Source of the DNA: Octopus bimaculoides
Taxonomy: Eukaryota
NCBI RefSeq assembly: GCF_001194135.2
Contig: NC_068981.1
Span: 11,755,163-11,819,162 of the forward strand
Direction of reading: 5' to 3'
Length of the DNA stretch: 64,000 bases
Below the pieces are notes generated by a model. That model was not told the DNA's origin. It worked only from the letters and a program-made list of their open reading frames with translations, and did not search any database. Below, in pieces: positions 27,911 to 39,200 of the stretch. The position numbers and the translations under genes are program-made. The first letter of the stretch is position 1, and the number at the start of each line of letters is the position of its first letter.

Positions 27911-29759
27911 CAGCTGGAAGTAATTCATAAGGCAGCTACATAACCCAAATATTTGCTTACTCTAAAGGACAGACATTGATGTTTTGTCATTGCTTTGACT
28001 TATCAATGTCGTATACCGAACAGGATCCACTGACAGCTATATCGCTGACTATCTGTATATGCTAAATGGTTTAGACACCATATGTTAGTATGTCCCAACG
28101 ATTCATACCACGGATAAAATTCAATTATGAAGTAGAATCAGGTATTGATATAAAAACAAAATTGATATTCGTGGGTTGGCTGCGGTTTCTAAGCGTAAGA
28201 GTATATTTTCTCTATGCACATGGTGAAAAAATAGAAAAAAAGAACACCTGAAAGTTGGTTACTGGCAAGTGAGGTGATTCACAAAACAGCCTGAATCTGA
28301 CACAAATGGAAATATTTAGGCATCTGATGTCTTTGATACGGATATATATATATATAAGTTCAAAACAATATTAACCACATTCCTTCAGTATTTCAATGTG
28401 GGAAAATAGGGAAGTGACTCACCTGTCAGGATGCTTCCCGATTTACCGGTCGCTCCCCTGAGATAGCTCACAGAACTTTGTACGATAATCGATCGCATAG
28501 AGCGCTTACCTCTAATCCATACATCCATATATATTCGTGTGTGTGTGTATATATATTTATACACATATTTACATATATACATACACACACATATACACAT
28601 ATATAGTACATATATATATATATATATANNNNNNNNNNNNNNNNNNNNNNNNNNNNNNNNNNNNNNNNNNNNNNNNNNNNNNNNNNNNNNNNNNNNNNNN
28701 NNNNNNNNNNNNNNNNNNNNNNNNNNNNNNNNNNNNNNNNNNNNNNNNNNNNNNNNNNNNNNNNNNNNNNNNNNNNNNNNNNNNNNNNNNNNNNNNNNNN
28801 NNNNNNNNNNNNNNNNNNNNNNNNNNNNNNNNNNNNNNNNNNNNNNNNNNNNNNNNNNNNNNNNNNNNNNNNNNNNNNNNNNNNNNNNNNNNNNNNNNNN
28901 NNNNNNNNNNNNNNNNNNNNNNNNNNNNNNNNNNNNNNNNNNNNNNNNNNNNNNNNNNNNNNNNNNNNNNNNNNNNNNNNNNNNNNNNNNNNNNNNNNNN
29001 NNNNNNNNNNNNNNNNNNNNNNNNNNNNNNNNNNNNNNNNNNNNNNNNNNNNNNNNNNNNNNNNNNNNNNNNNNNNNNNNNNNNNNNNNNNNNNNNNNNN
29101 NNNNNNNNNNNNNNNNNNNNNNNNNNNNNNNNNNNNNNNNNNNNNNNNNNNNNNNNNNNNNNNNNNNNNNNNNNNNNNNNNNNNNNNNNNNNNNNNNNNN
29201 NNNNNNNNNNNNNNNNNNNNNNNNNNNNNNNNNNNNNNNNNNNNNNNNNNNNNNNNNNNNNNNNNNNNNNNNNNNNNNNNNNNNNNNNNNNNNNNNNNNN
29301 NNNNNNNNNNNNNNNNNNNNNNNNNNNNNNNNNNNNNNNNNNNNNNNNNNNNNNNNNNNNNNNNNNNNNNNNNNNNNNNNNNNNNNNNNNNNNNNNNNNN
29401 NNNNNNNNNNNNNNNNNNNNTATATATATATATATATATTTTAATGGAGATTGATAGAACGGAGATTTACACACCCATATTTTATCAAACAGTTATTAAC
29501 CGTATACTAAAGGATGGAGGTGTAAATCTTTGTACCCCTGATCTTCATTAATTTCATTATTTTCTCTACAAGCACTATGCTGTCCCTAAAAGGGCATTCA
29601 GATTTACCAAGCGAGACTAATAACCGATTCTCGTAAATTATCACTAATTTGAGTATCACCCACATTTGCTATGTCTAGCTGACATCAAGAACTGTTCTAA
29701 GAGCTAACACGCTAACCCTAGGATTATGCATCCCTTAAAACCATTTTCGATATATGTAT

Positions 29760-30060
29760 ATTTTTTTTCTTTTATTCTTGTTCTTGTTGCAGTCATTTGA
29801 CTGCAGCAATGCTGGAGAACAGCCTGTAATCGAAAACACCGACCCCTGGACTTATTATTTGTAAGCCTTGTACTTATTCCTTCGGCATCTTTCGCCAAAC
29901 CGATGGGTTACGGGCATGTAAGCACACCAACATCGGTTCTCGAGCGATGGTGTGAGGACAAACACAACCACACAAGCATGCACACACCCATGCACGTACA
30001 AAAACACATATCTATACGAACGGCTTCTTTCAGTTTCTGTCTACCAGATCCACTCACAAG
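29760..30060 (-). mobile_element. SINE family B, 5'-truncated
   Basis: CAGTCATTTGACTGCAGCAATGCTGGAG...CTACCAGATCCACTCACAAG. Confidence 0.85.
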
Positions 30061-30061
30061 A

Positions 30062-30200
30062 CTTTCGTATCTTATCTAAATTAACTATTGCTTAACTATC
30101 TCTTCACACCCTCTCCGATGAAGGGATATAATAAATATCCTGCAAACAGCTGTAAGGCTTTCTATTTATAAATGTTCTAAATCCTTCACAACCTTGGTTT
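30062..30200. mobile_element. Penelope-like terminal fragment
   Basis: CTCTCCGATGAAGGGATATAATAAATATCCTGCAAACAGCTGTAAGG. Confidence 0.45.
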
Positions 30201-30222
30201 TTTTATCTCATTCTGAAAAAAG

Positions 30223-30300
<78 letters not shown>

Positions 30301-30444
30301 GAAATTATATACCTCAATATACATACGTAGATGCATCGGTGTGTATATATAATTATGTACGTATATAAATATATTACATATGAATGCGTGTGCGCGCGTG
30401 TATGTGTGTGAGTGTGTATGTGTGTGTGTGTATGCCAAGTATCA

Positions 30445-30635
30445 ATTTGCTACCTTTTCCAGTCATTAGACCGCAATTATTCCGGGGCTCCGGTGGGAAT
30501 GTTTTAGTCGAAGAAATTGATCCTTGTAGGTATTATTGTAAACCTGGTTCTTATTCTAACAGCGTCTTTTTTGCCGACTCGCCAAGTTACGAGGACCTAA
30601 CAGACCTACACCGTTTCTCAAGCAGTGGTGGATGT
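30445..30635 (-). mobile_element. SINE family B, diverged 3' part
   Basis: CCAGTCATTAGACCGC...TTTAGTCGAAGAAATTGATCC...GCCGACTCGCCAAGTTACG. Confidence 0.7.
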
Positions 30636-32877
30636 TAAGCTCAAACACATATGTACACACGCACAAACGTACGTGCATACACACACACACGCACACACAT
30701 ATAACCTGCTTCTTGCCTTTTTCGTCTTCCCAATGCTATCACGTTTGTGGTCGTCCTGGGACTATAGGAGAAGGCACTTGACATTTGTGTGTGTATATCT
30801 GTATCCAAGTGCAATTCTTTCAAATTTATTCTTTGATATCTTATTTGTTGCTAGATCATACATTTTCAGTGTTGAAGTAGCTTTCTCTTCTGACAAAAGC
30901 CGAAAGTGATCTTTAGCATTGCTAAATTATAGAACGTGGATTAACCTCACGTCCGTTGTAGTTTTCAACGTTATGACTATTCAATTCCTCCAACCAAACC
31001 CTTTAATTTATTAGCAGGAAAATCAACTTATTCTTCCATGATATATGGCGAAATGCTTTCAAGCAATAAGTGGCTTCTCTATTCTGGTGGACCTCTCTTT
31101 TAATCCATAAAGTTAACCAGAGGGTGCCAATGCACAGTTAGGCGTTAATCAGATGTATTCAAATAACATTTATCAATGTTGTCCAACATTATATTTGAAG
31201 ATGTATCTTTCTACACTTATGTTTAAAAAAATAGGTCTATTGTTTGCAAAATGTTTAAAAATATCAAGATTAGTTTTAACATATCAAGAATTTATGTATG
31301 CCGTAGTAACACATGCGTTTCTATTTTCACACAAAATATATTTTTCATTACATGTTCCCAAAAATTACAGTACTTCAAAAGATTAAATTAATTCATTTAT
31401 ACAAGGCAATTTATAACTACACCTCATTTGTTTATTTTTAATTCTAGCGTAATTTTCTCTCTTCGGTATATTGTATAATCACAATTCGTCTAAGTTCGAC
31501 ACGAAAACTGTGTTCCCGTCTGTCGACTATTCTTTTTTGAAACGTCAGTGAGATTAAAACTGGTCTTTCATACACTTCGAATGGGAACTTCGACTGAAGT
31601 GAAACATTGGGAGCTGCCCCAAAATACCATTTAATATTTAGCAAAGTAATATAAGATGATCTGACCAACCTAAGCAAAAATAAACCTCCACTGACTGGCG
31701 TAAATATGCTTCTAAAATTTCGGAATGTTTCAGTGATCTTTTTCATTCATTTTTCGTCCTGCAACACTTCGAGTAAGTTGTCTACCCCTTCAGTTCCGGT
31801 AATGCACGACGCCAGCACAATATTATCGTCCACTCATACTAACACGGCACTGTCCTGACCCACGTCGGGTTTGGGATATTTCATATGCTCCAACCTCTAT
31901 CGTTATGGCTCCGGCGACAAAACATTTTCTAAGAATAATTCTTTATTAAAACTAACAGATGCTTCTATATTTCCTTTTTCTGCACATTGCCAGATGTCGT
32001 CTGCCCTTGATGATGGCTGTCGTAAATAACCTTAAATAAAGTTACAGTAACATATTCCAAAATGAATATCTTCCGCTGATTATAATCGGGATTGAACTGA
32101 GTACTCCTATTTTATACACCTTTTTATACGCCAAATTATAATCATCCACATGCAATTATAGTAACCAGCGATAGAGTTCCGTTATTAACTCAGGGATCTG
32201 TCTAAACTGCCGAAATTTAAATCGTTTTAATCGCTTACAAAACTACTTCTTAATGCATTCATATCGTTTTACCCAACTACATTTTCTTTTACATTTTGCG
32301 TCATAATTGCCTTCTCTTCGCAATAATATTAAAGGCTGTTGCAAAATTTCTTTTATCATCAATATAATTTGAATGATGAGAACCTGACTTATTTTATCCT
32401 TCGTCTGAAATAATCTCAACTTTACCAGAGCTTGGATATTTAGTTCTTCTGACACTGTTGTAGTAATTTCTCAAATCTGTTAACTTTCCTTCTCTCAAAC
32501 AAGCTAGAATTCTACTATTTCTTTCTTCTTTGATTGTTAAGTTAAGATCAAATCTTCAATTTCTAACTATGCAAGCGTAGCTTATGAATTGTATAATGTA
32601 AAATTCAAAGTATTACTATTCCATCGTACGGTTTGAAGGAAATCACAGAAGGATATAATCTGGAGAGGACAAATTTACTCTGTTATAACTCGAATTATGT
32701 ACATTATGGTTAGAAAGAAAATATGAAAATGAATACAGATGTCTTATTTATGAAAACTACCAGTGGCTATAATCATGATGAATATATTTTGGGTTAGCTA
32801 CTTTCATAATCCTAGGTATAAATTGGAGTAAGCCGAAACATTCGGGGGTTTAATTAGGCTATCATATATGCAGCCTT

Positions 32878-32950
32878 ATACAGTTCTATATTTAAGAGAT
32901 GAGGGATTATGTTCATTATTACATTATTTACATTATTTACAATTGACGGA
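32878..32950. mobile_element. Short Penelope-derived repeat fragment inserted in the EVE
   Basis: CAGTTCTATATTTAAGAGATGAGGGATTATGTTCATTATTACATTATTTACA is a recurrent repeat end; it interrupts the frame between motifs F and A. Confidence 0.5.
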
Positions 32951-33641
32951 TAGCATCTGCCGTTGATTTTACTATTTGTATTGCCGGAGGTACTAACGTA
33001 CAGATCACGAATTTATATTCCTATTCCCAACAGAAATTCAGGTACATCAACTCTTCGGTTGATAAGCTTTGAGAATTGTCCTAGTTCGTGTTAGCATATT
33101 TGTAAAATCTAGGCAATAACTATCAGATACATGGAGCTGCCACACGAGTTTGTTCAAAACATTCACACAATTCCTCCATCGTCTAATCAGACAGTACCCA
33201 TTTAAACGTCCATTATGAATTTGAATTCGCTTACCATCACTAATAATATCTATATTATTATATTATTTTAATTTTATTGGATTTCAGCTGATTTATTTTT
33301 TATGCATATACCCCGGCACTTATTCCCAACTCATGGCCTTATTTACGTTATTTTCGTTACTTTGTACAGAGCTAGCCAGAGGTCACCCAAGAATAAATCA
33401 AATTTCCATAAATGCTATCTGTAATTCTGTATTGACTCGAATGGAAAAATACGTCGCTCAAGAAAGCTTTTAGTTTGAAAGGTTTTGAGAAGTCAAGTCT
33501 TCGTTATATCTAAAGTAGATTCACATTGAAGGTATCATGACATTTATCTGTATTTTAAATTCATCTATCAAAGAAACAAGTATTATACGTTGTATAATTG
33601 AGTTTACGATATATATTGAATGAATCTATATCCGTAGCTAC

Positions 33642-33642
<1 letters not shown>

Positions 33643-33693
<51 letters not shown>

Positions 33694-33860
33694 ATCTATC
33701 TATCTATCTTTCTATCTATCAGTCTGTCTGTCAGTCTGTCTGTCTGTTTGTTTGTCTGTCTGTCTGTCTATCTATCGATCTATCAATCTATCTACCTATC
33801 TATTTATCTATCTATTTATCTATCTATCGCTCTCTGTCTGTCTGTCTCTCTCTATATATA
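33643..33860. repeat. (TATC)n/(TGTC)n compound microsatellite inside the EVE
   Basis: Direct sequence. Confidence 0.95.
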
Positions 33861-36661
33861 TCGAGTAATGTATTTGATTATAATGTCTTGCATAAACAAG
33901 AGGTAAATCACCTTTGAAAATCTTCCTATAAACAATCATTGTCAAAAATATTTTGTGTTTATATTTCCCCTATGTTTGAATTCAGTGAGAAAATATACGA
34001 TTATACCTTACATATATCAACGGCAATGAGCTACAAATGCATAGAAATCTGTTTTGTCCAAATTTAGATATCTCCAAGTCATAACAAGGATGCTTATAGT
34101 CAATATATTATACAGTCTAAACCTCATAAACATTGTAGTGCTAGATTTATTAGTAAACAGTAAACCTACTGCAAAATTGTTAGAGAATAAAATGTTAGAT
34201 TTGTCACTACAGCCGCTGTGTTGTCATGTCTTCGTCAAAAGCAATATCAAAATCAATGTAGTGTATTGAAAAATTCGCTGGCAAAATTTCAAGATACGAC
34301 GCTAAAATAGTACATAATCTACTTTGCAGAATTTTAAGACAATGGAAATTACATACCTTATTTATCGTTTCCTTATATGCACACACTGATTAGATTTCTC
34401 TCTAAGAATTTTCTTTGGGTTTATAAACTTATATATATTCATTGCACATTTGCTTTTATAAACTCCAAGCATTTTCATCTGGTTCAATCTTCTATTACTT
34501 AATTAATTCAGATTCAGATTTGCCAGCATAATGATAGCTTCAAAGTGGTATACAGCTGGAAACTTGAATGAAATGAATAATTCCTTCCCTTAAAAGATGC
34601 AGTTAAACCAAAAATAAATTTCCTCTCTGATTCCTGTTTCTTATCTAGCTAATTTACAATTGCGCAAATCTTCTATGTTAATTTACTTTAAAATATTATA
34701 TAAAATAATATACTAATTCGTTCCAACATGCTATTTCGTCTCTTAGGTGTTTGCTTTGACCCGTAAGAAAGAGTTGGGTTTGTGAAATGCTTATAAATTC
34801 ATCTGTTATGGGTTTGGAGTACTTTGGAGCAAACCATTTAATTGCAAGCTGAAAGTAAGTCTTTCTTTTTCTTCTTAAGTGGTGTTGTTTAAAATATATG
34901 AAGGTGTAATTTTCATGATTTAAAAATATCCTTCTTAACATTTATATCAGATTCTCGAAAATTATATAACTTTCTATAAACTTTCTGTGTTTTATATTTA
35001 ATTTCCGGCTTTGATATTCAATACTTCTAAGAGAGTTTGAAGTTCGTTCGGATCCTCTTTCACACCTAATGTTTTGCACAAGATATTTTGTCTATCAAAT
35101 GCAAGATGATCGGCATTAGCTTATGAATTTATCAGTGTTTAATAACTTTGTTTAATTATGAAGACATTATATAATTTCCCACTTCGCTCTCATGAATAAA
35201 TCTGACTTTGAGTTGTAATAAAATCAGCGAATTCATGTGTTTAGAACGTACGTAGAGGAACATACAAAAGATTCAGCTAAAAAAGAAAATATAGTAACTT
35301 GGAGGCTTTCCTTCCTTTACTGCTGGGTATTTTCCAGGAATATATCTCAGAAAGGCAACGTATGATTTAAGTATGTAATGTATTCCAGTACAGAGAATAA
35401 TTAATTTATCCTGTAGTATTCGAGTAAAGATATGGATGGTAATTAATTAAAGAGCAGAATATTGTTTGGTTTGATTTAAATGTGAATAAATGTAATTCAC
35501 CTTCAGAAATATGTTGAGATGTTTTCGAAAATTTTGAGATGAACTTTTTTTTTTTACCATTTCCTTTTAACCAATATTGTATTTGATCACATTTGTACAA
35601 CGTGATTCCTTTCCATTTAAATGTTCTTAAAATTCGGTTTGCAATTGATAATAGTTCGTGTTGAGATCTTACTTCAGGATTCATTACAAGTGATTCTTGC
35701 AAATTGCCACATAAAGACTACTGCAGAATTTTATTCTCTTATTTTATTCTCTTTCATATCATCTTCAATTTCTGTGGAAATCAGTAGGGTACTGATGAAG
35801 TTATCAACAACGTCAGAAAAAGTTTTATCGACGTTGTGTTACTAAAATATTCTGAACAAACAGCAGTGAAGAACTATCAGTAAAATTGAATATGAGATAT
35901 TATATAACACACTTGATATATAATTAAATCCCTAAACAAAAATATATATATTTATAGACCTACACATGCTGCAAGTCTTCCTCCTTATTAATACATATTC
36001 TCAATATATTGGTATCCCTTGATTTATAACCACATTTCAAGTTAAGGAAATAAAATGTACATTATTTGTTCATATAAGCATAAGATCGTGAATATATATA
36101 GTAAATATAACATCTTCATATTGATATCACTTGGATTCAAATCAGCAAATTAAACTTCAGATCAGTTCTCTTACAGCTGACGTCGAACGATCTGAAATTT
36201 GGCATTATATACCACATTCTACAAAAACAAACGATGATATGGAATCAGAACTATTCGTGATATAAGATATATTAATATTTATGTCTCTATACTGTGCTAG
36301 TAAATGTCTTATAACATATATCCATAAAATCTTAACAACCGATGTTATGGCTCCCGTACGTTGATATGATTGGGTTTTCGTCTTGTCTTCGTCTTAGAGT
36401 TGTGACACATAACATTAATTCATCACAGTAGTGGGTGGTTGTTGTGGAATGAGGAAACGTGTTAACTGTACTGCGACTGATTTCAACAGTTAATTGCTTC
36501 CAATGAACATTATATATAATTTCAGCTTGATAGAATATAGCGATAGACTTATTTTGATAATCCGCTCCATATACGGATGCGGTATATAAGTCGTTCAAAT
36601 CACGTGGGAATATATCTTATCTGTTTCGGATTTCTATACGTGCGCGTGTAATACTCTTTCA

Positions 36662-37055
36662 CAGTTTTCAGTCATTTGACTGCGGCCATTCTGAAGCACC
36701 GAATAAATCGACCACAGGACTTATTCTTTGTAAGCTTAGTACTTATTCTATCGGTCTCCTTTGCCGAACCTCTAAGTTTTGGGGACATAAACACACCAAC
36801 ATCGGTTGTCAAACGATGGTGGGAACGGGAGACAAACACAAACACACACACAGTTTTCGTCTACCAAATCCACTCACAAGTCTTTGGTCGGCCCGAGGTT
36901 AGAGTAGAAGACACTTACCCAAGGTGTCAAGCAGTGGGACTGAACACAGGACCATGTGGTTGGGAAGCAAACTTCTTACCACATGGTCCCGTGTTCAGTC
37001 CCACTGCTTGACACCTTGGGCAAGTGTCTTCTACCACACAGCCGCAACTGCTTCC
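36662..37055 (-). mobile_element. SINE family B carrying an internal 57-bp inverted duplication
   Basis: Family B sequence; arms 36904-36960 and 36978-37034 are reverse complements with 2 mismatches. Confidence 0.9.
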
Positions 37056-37179
37056 TACTACACAGACACATCTGCCAATATATATTATTTTGATGTTTTC
37101 CATCGTAGAAGTACGGCCATACTTCAGCATCACCTTAATACGTTTTCTTTCCCTTCAGTCGTTAAAATCAATGCATTGC

Positions 37180-39200
37180 CACCAATGTCCATTCCTCTCC
37201 AGAGATTATTGAGGTTTGTGTTATGGTGCTGTAATAGTTGTAACAGCTAAATTAGTCCAGTCGTAAGACCATGCTGTATGTCATTTAAGAGGTTGTTTTC
37301 CTCAAGGAACGTAATCAATCTTTATCGGACAGTGCATTCGATAATCTTAGATGCGCGAGATATGCCGGTAAATAGCGACTTTTGAAATAACATCTAATGG
37401 TTTGGCGAGGTTGTTTTACGTGCTTTTAACATTTGATCTGGGAGACCACCTGGTCCAGATGCCGAGTTTGAATCTAATTCATCATTACCTTCAAGTGTAC
37501 AATCTTCCATAATATCATTAATTTTTAGACGTATTTTGGCCATTGAATACTGGAGATCAAAGAACTCTTTTGGATTTTGAACTATTTTGTTAACTGTAAG
37601 TTGGGAAAATGCATTCTCATATATCATGCGCGCATGATCCATCTTGGTTCCCTAGACAGCCAATCTCGGTATGTCAGATGATTTTTGTGTAGCAAAGTGG
37701 AAAAAAGAACTTGAGATTAGATTTTATATTCTCTACCATCGATGTTCCTTCAGCGGAGTTTCTTTTTAAGTCCAGTTTAATCTTTTTTATTTTATTTTAT
37801 TTTATTATTTTATTATTTTTTTTTTCGCAATCTTAACTCTTTAGATAACTTGGTAGCTATAGATTAGTATCCGTCTGTCTCGTGGAATCAAATTATTGCG
37901 AGAATAGGCGTGTTTGTGTAGAACATGATTTTGACAGATCTTGATTAACTCTTCGAAGAGAAACTTCATTCAATCTTTAACATTGTGGGCGCCAATACGG
38001 TGAGACCAGTTTCATTTGAGTTTCGATCCCTTTCCGCTTTATCTTTCTGAATTAAAGTTCATGAGGGTTGAGTCATGTTTGATATGGTTTGTATGCGTTG
38101 CAGTCTTTTAAACATATTCAGGTAACCGTATAATGTTGTGGTCATAAATAGCTGTCGGATTGACCTGAACATCGTAAATGGGGACTGTATCGGTCATAAA
38201 GACTAGGCCGAATATGTTATTTCCTTTAGTTGGACAAGAGATGGTTTGTTACACGAGAAAGGCTTTAATGGTATTGGAAAGAGTTGTTTTTATATCTCTT
38301 GTTTTGTTGTTTAGTTTCAGGTTGGATGAAGCCCTTCGGCCAACTGAGACTAGGAAGTGTTACGTCCCTGTTAAAACTCATTCGCCTGCCAGATAGATTC
38401 GCTTGGTGTTTGACGTATGAGTTATAAACACCCTTTGTGATTCCCGCATTAGGAGGACGAAAAGTAATGCCGAAAGGTATGATGAAATTGAAGCCGATAA
38501 TTGCATAATTAGTGTATCATACACTGCATTGGAGTGAGAGAGGAGGACATTGTGGCTAGGTTTTCATGTTTAAAGAGCTCTACTCTTCTTTGATTCCGTA
38601 GTCTCTGTTTAGATTTGTGGATTGCATAACCTGATATATGTACTTCCGCATCCAAGATGACTGGGATCACTTGTGTTTCATTTAGTGCTACACATATGGT
38701 AATTTCTCTATGTGCAAGGTCTTTGTTTACAGTGGTTTGTGGCTGTTGATTTAACTATTGAACCAGGTCAATAACTTCATCGCTTCTGACTTGCTGGGTA
38801 AACCTCAAGCAGCACTGTCTCTGTAAGAGACATTTCTATTCTGCATTTGTTGGCGGCTTGGAGGTATGCTTTCAATAGTGCGTCAAGTCCGAGGAAGATG
38901 AAAGGACAGTCACGCTTCAGACATAATCTCATGCGTTGGGAATAGTGGCTGAGTTTAGAATATCGGGTTACACGTGTAACAGGTAAAACGTTTGATTCAG
39001 TATTTGGTGGTGATTTATAAGATCTGTTTCTTGGCGTTGGTTGCTGTTGCTTTTACAAATTATGCACCTTGTTCCAGTTAAATGGATGTTGCAGTCACGG
39101 CATATGCATAGACTCTTCGACAGTATTCCCAGAATCCGGAATGATGCCAAGTTCCCTCTGCTATCTACAATCAAACAAAGGAATGACTGGAAGCGTTTTA
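37180..39200 (-). mobile_element. CR1-clade LINE fragment (APE endonuclease plus start of RT), 3'-truncated
   Basis: ICVALNETQVIPVILDAEVHISGY (about 38700); CPTKGNNIFGLVFMTD...YDHN (about 38200); NSASGPGGLP; RLITFLEENNLLNDIQHG...QLLQHH (about 37300). Ends before the DFxKAFD motif. Confidence 0.85.

Larger units (their letters stand above)
22150..29750 (-). pseudogene. Fragmented coding-like segments, probable C-terminal part of the endogenous viral L gene
   Basis: Minus-strand coding-like pieces between insertions: 29450-29750 (LLVSLGKSECPFRDSIVLVEKIMKLMK), 27910-28520 (WIRGKRSMRSIIVQSSVSYLRGATG), 27240-27615, 25330-25935, 23345-23600, 22780-23160 (QITNEAVKIFEHAMVAREKRKWAV/FTHALELLFDDEHIIWAG). 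Confidence 0.4.
30700..36660 (-). pseudogene. L: Endogenous viral element: degraded bunyavirus-class (nairo/arenavirus-like) L protein / RdRp
   Basis: Motif remnants in order on the minus strand: LLFTNKSSTT (about 34163-34132); motif F IRDLYV (33012-32995); motif A YIHHDYSHW* (32787-32757); motif B ATA AGT CAG G-T TCT CAT CAT, reconstructing MGQGSHH (32392-32373); motif C candidate SSFVSD* (32247-32227); D/E KKVYKIG..QFN (32125-32091); endonuclease-like MPNFRSFDVSCK (about 36210-36170). Many stops and frameshifts. Confidence 0.65.

Noticed and set aside
31990-32010. SSRADD as RdRp motif C
   Set aside because: About 125 codons from motif B, too far; the FVSD* candidate fits the spacing better
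30700-36660. Alternative reading of the EVE as Mononegavirales/chuvirus L or orthomyxovirus PB1
   Set aside because: No GDN motif or GxxGGxEG motif B seen; the length far exceeds PB1; the GQGxHH-type motif favours bunyavirus-class L
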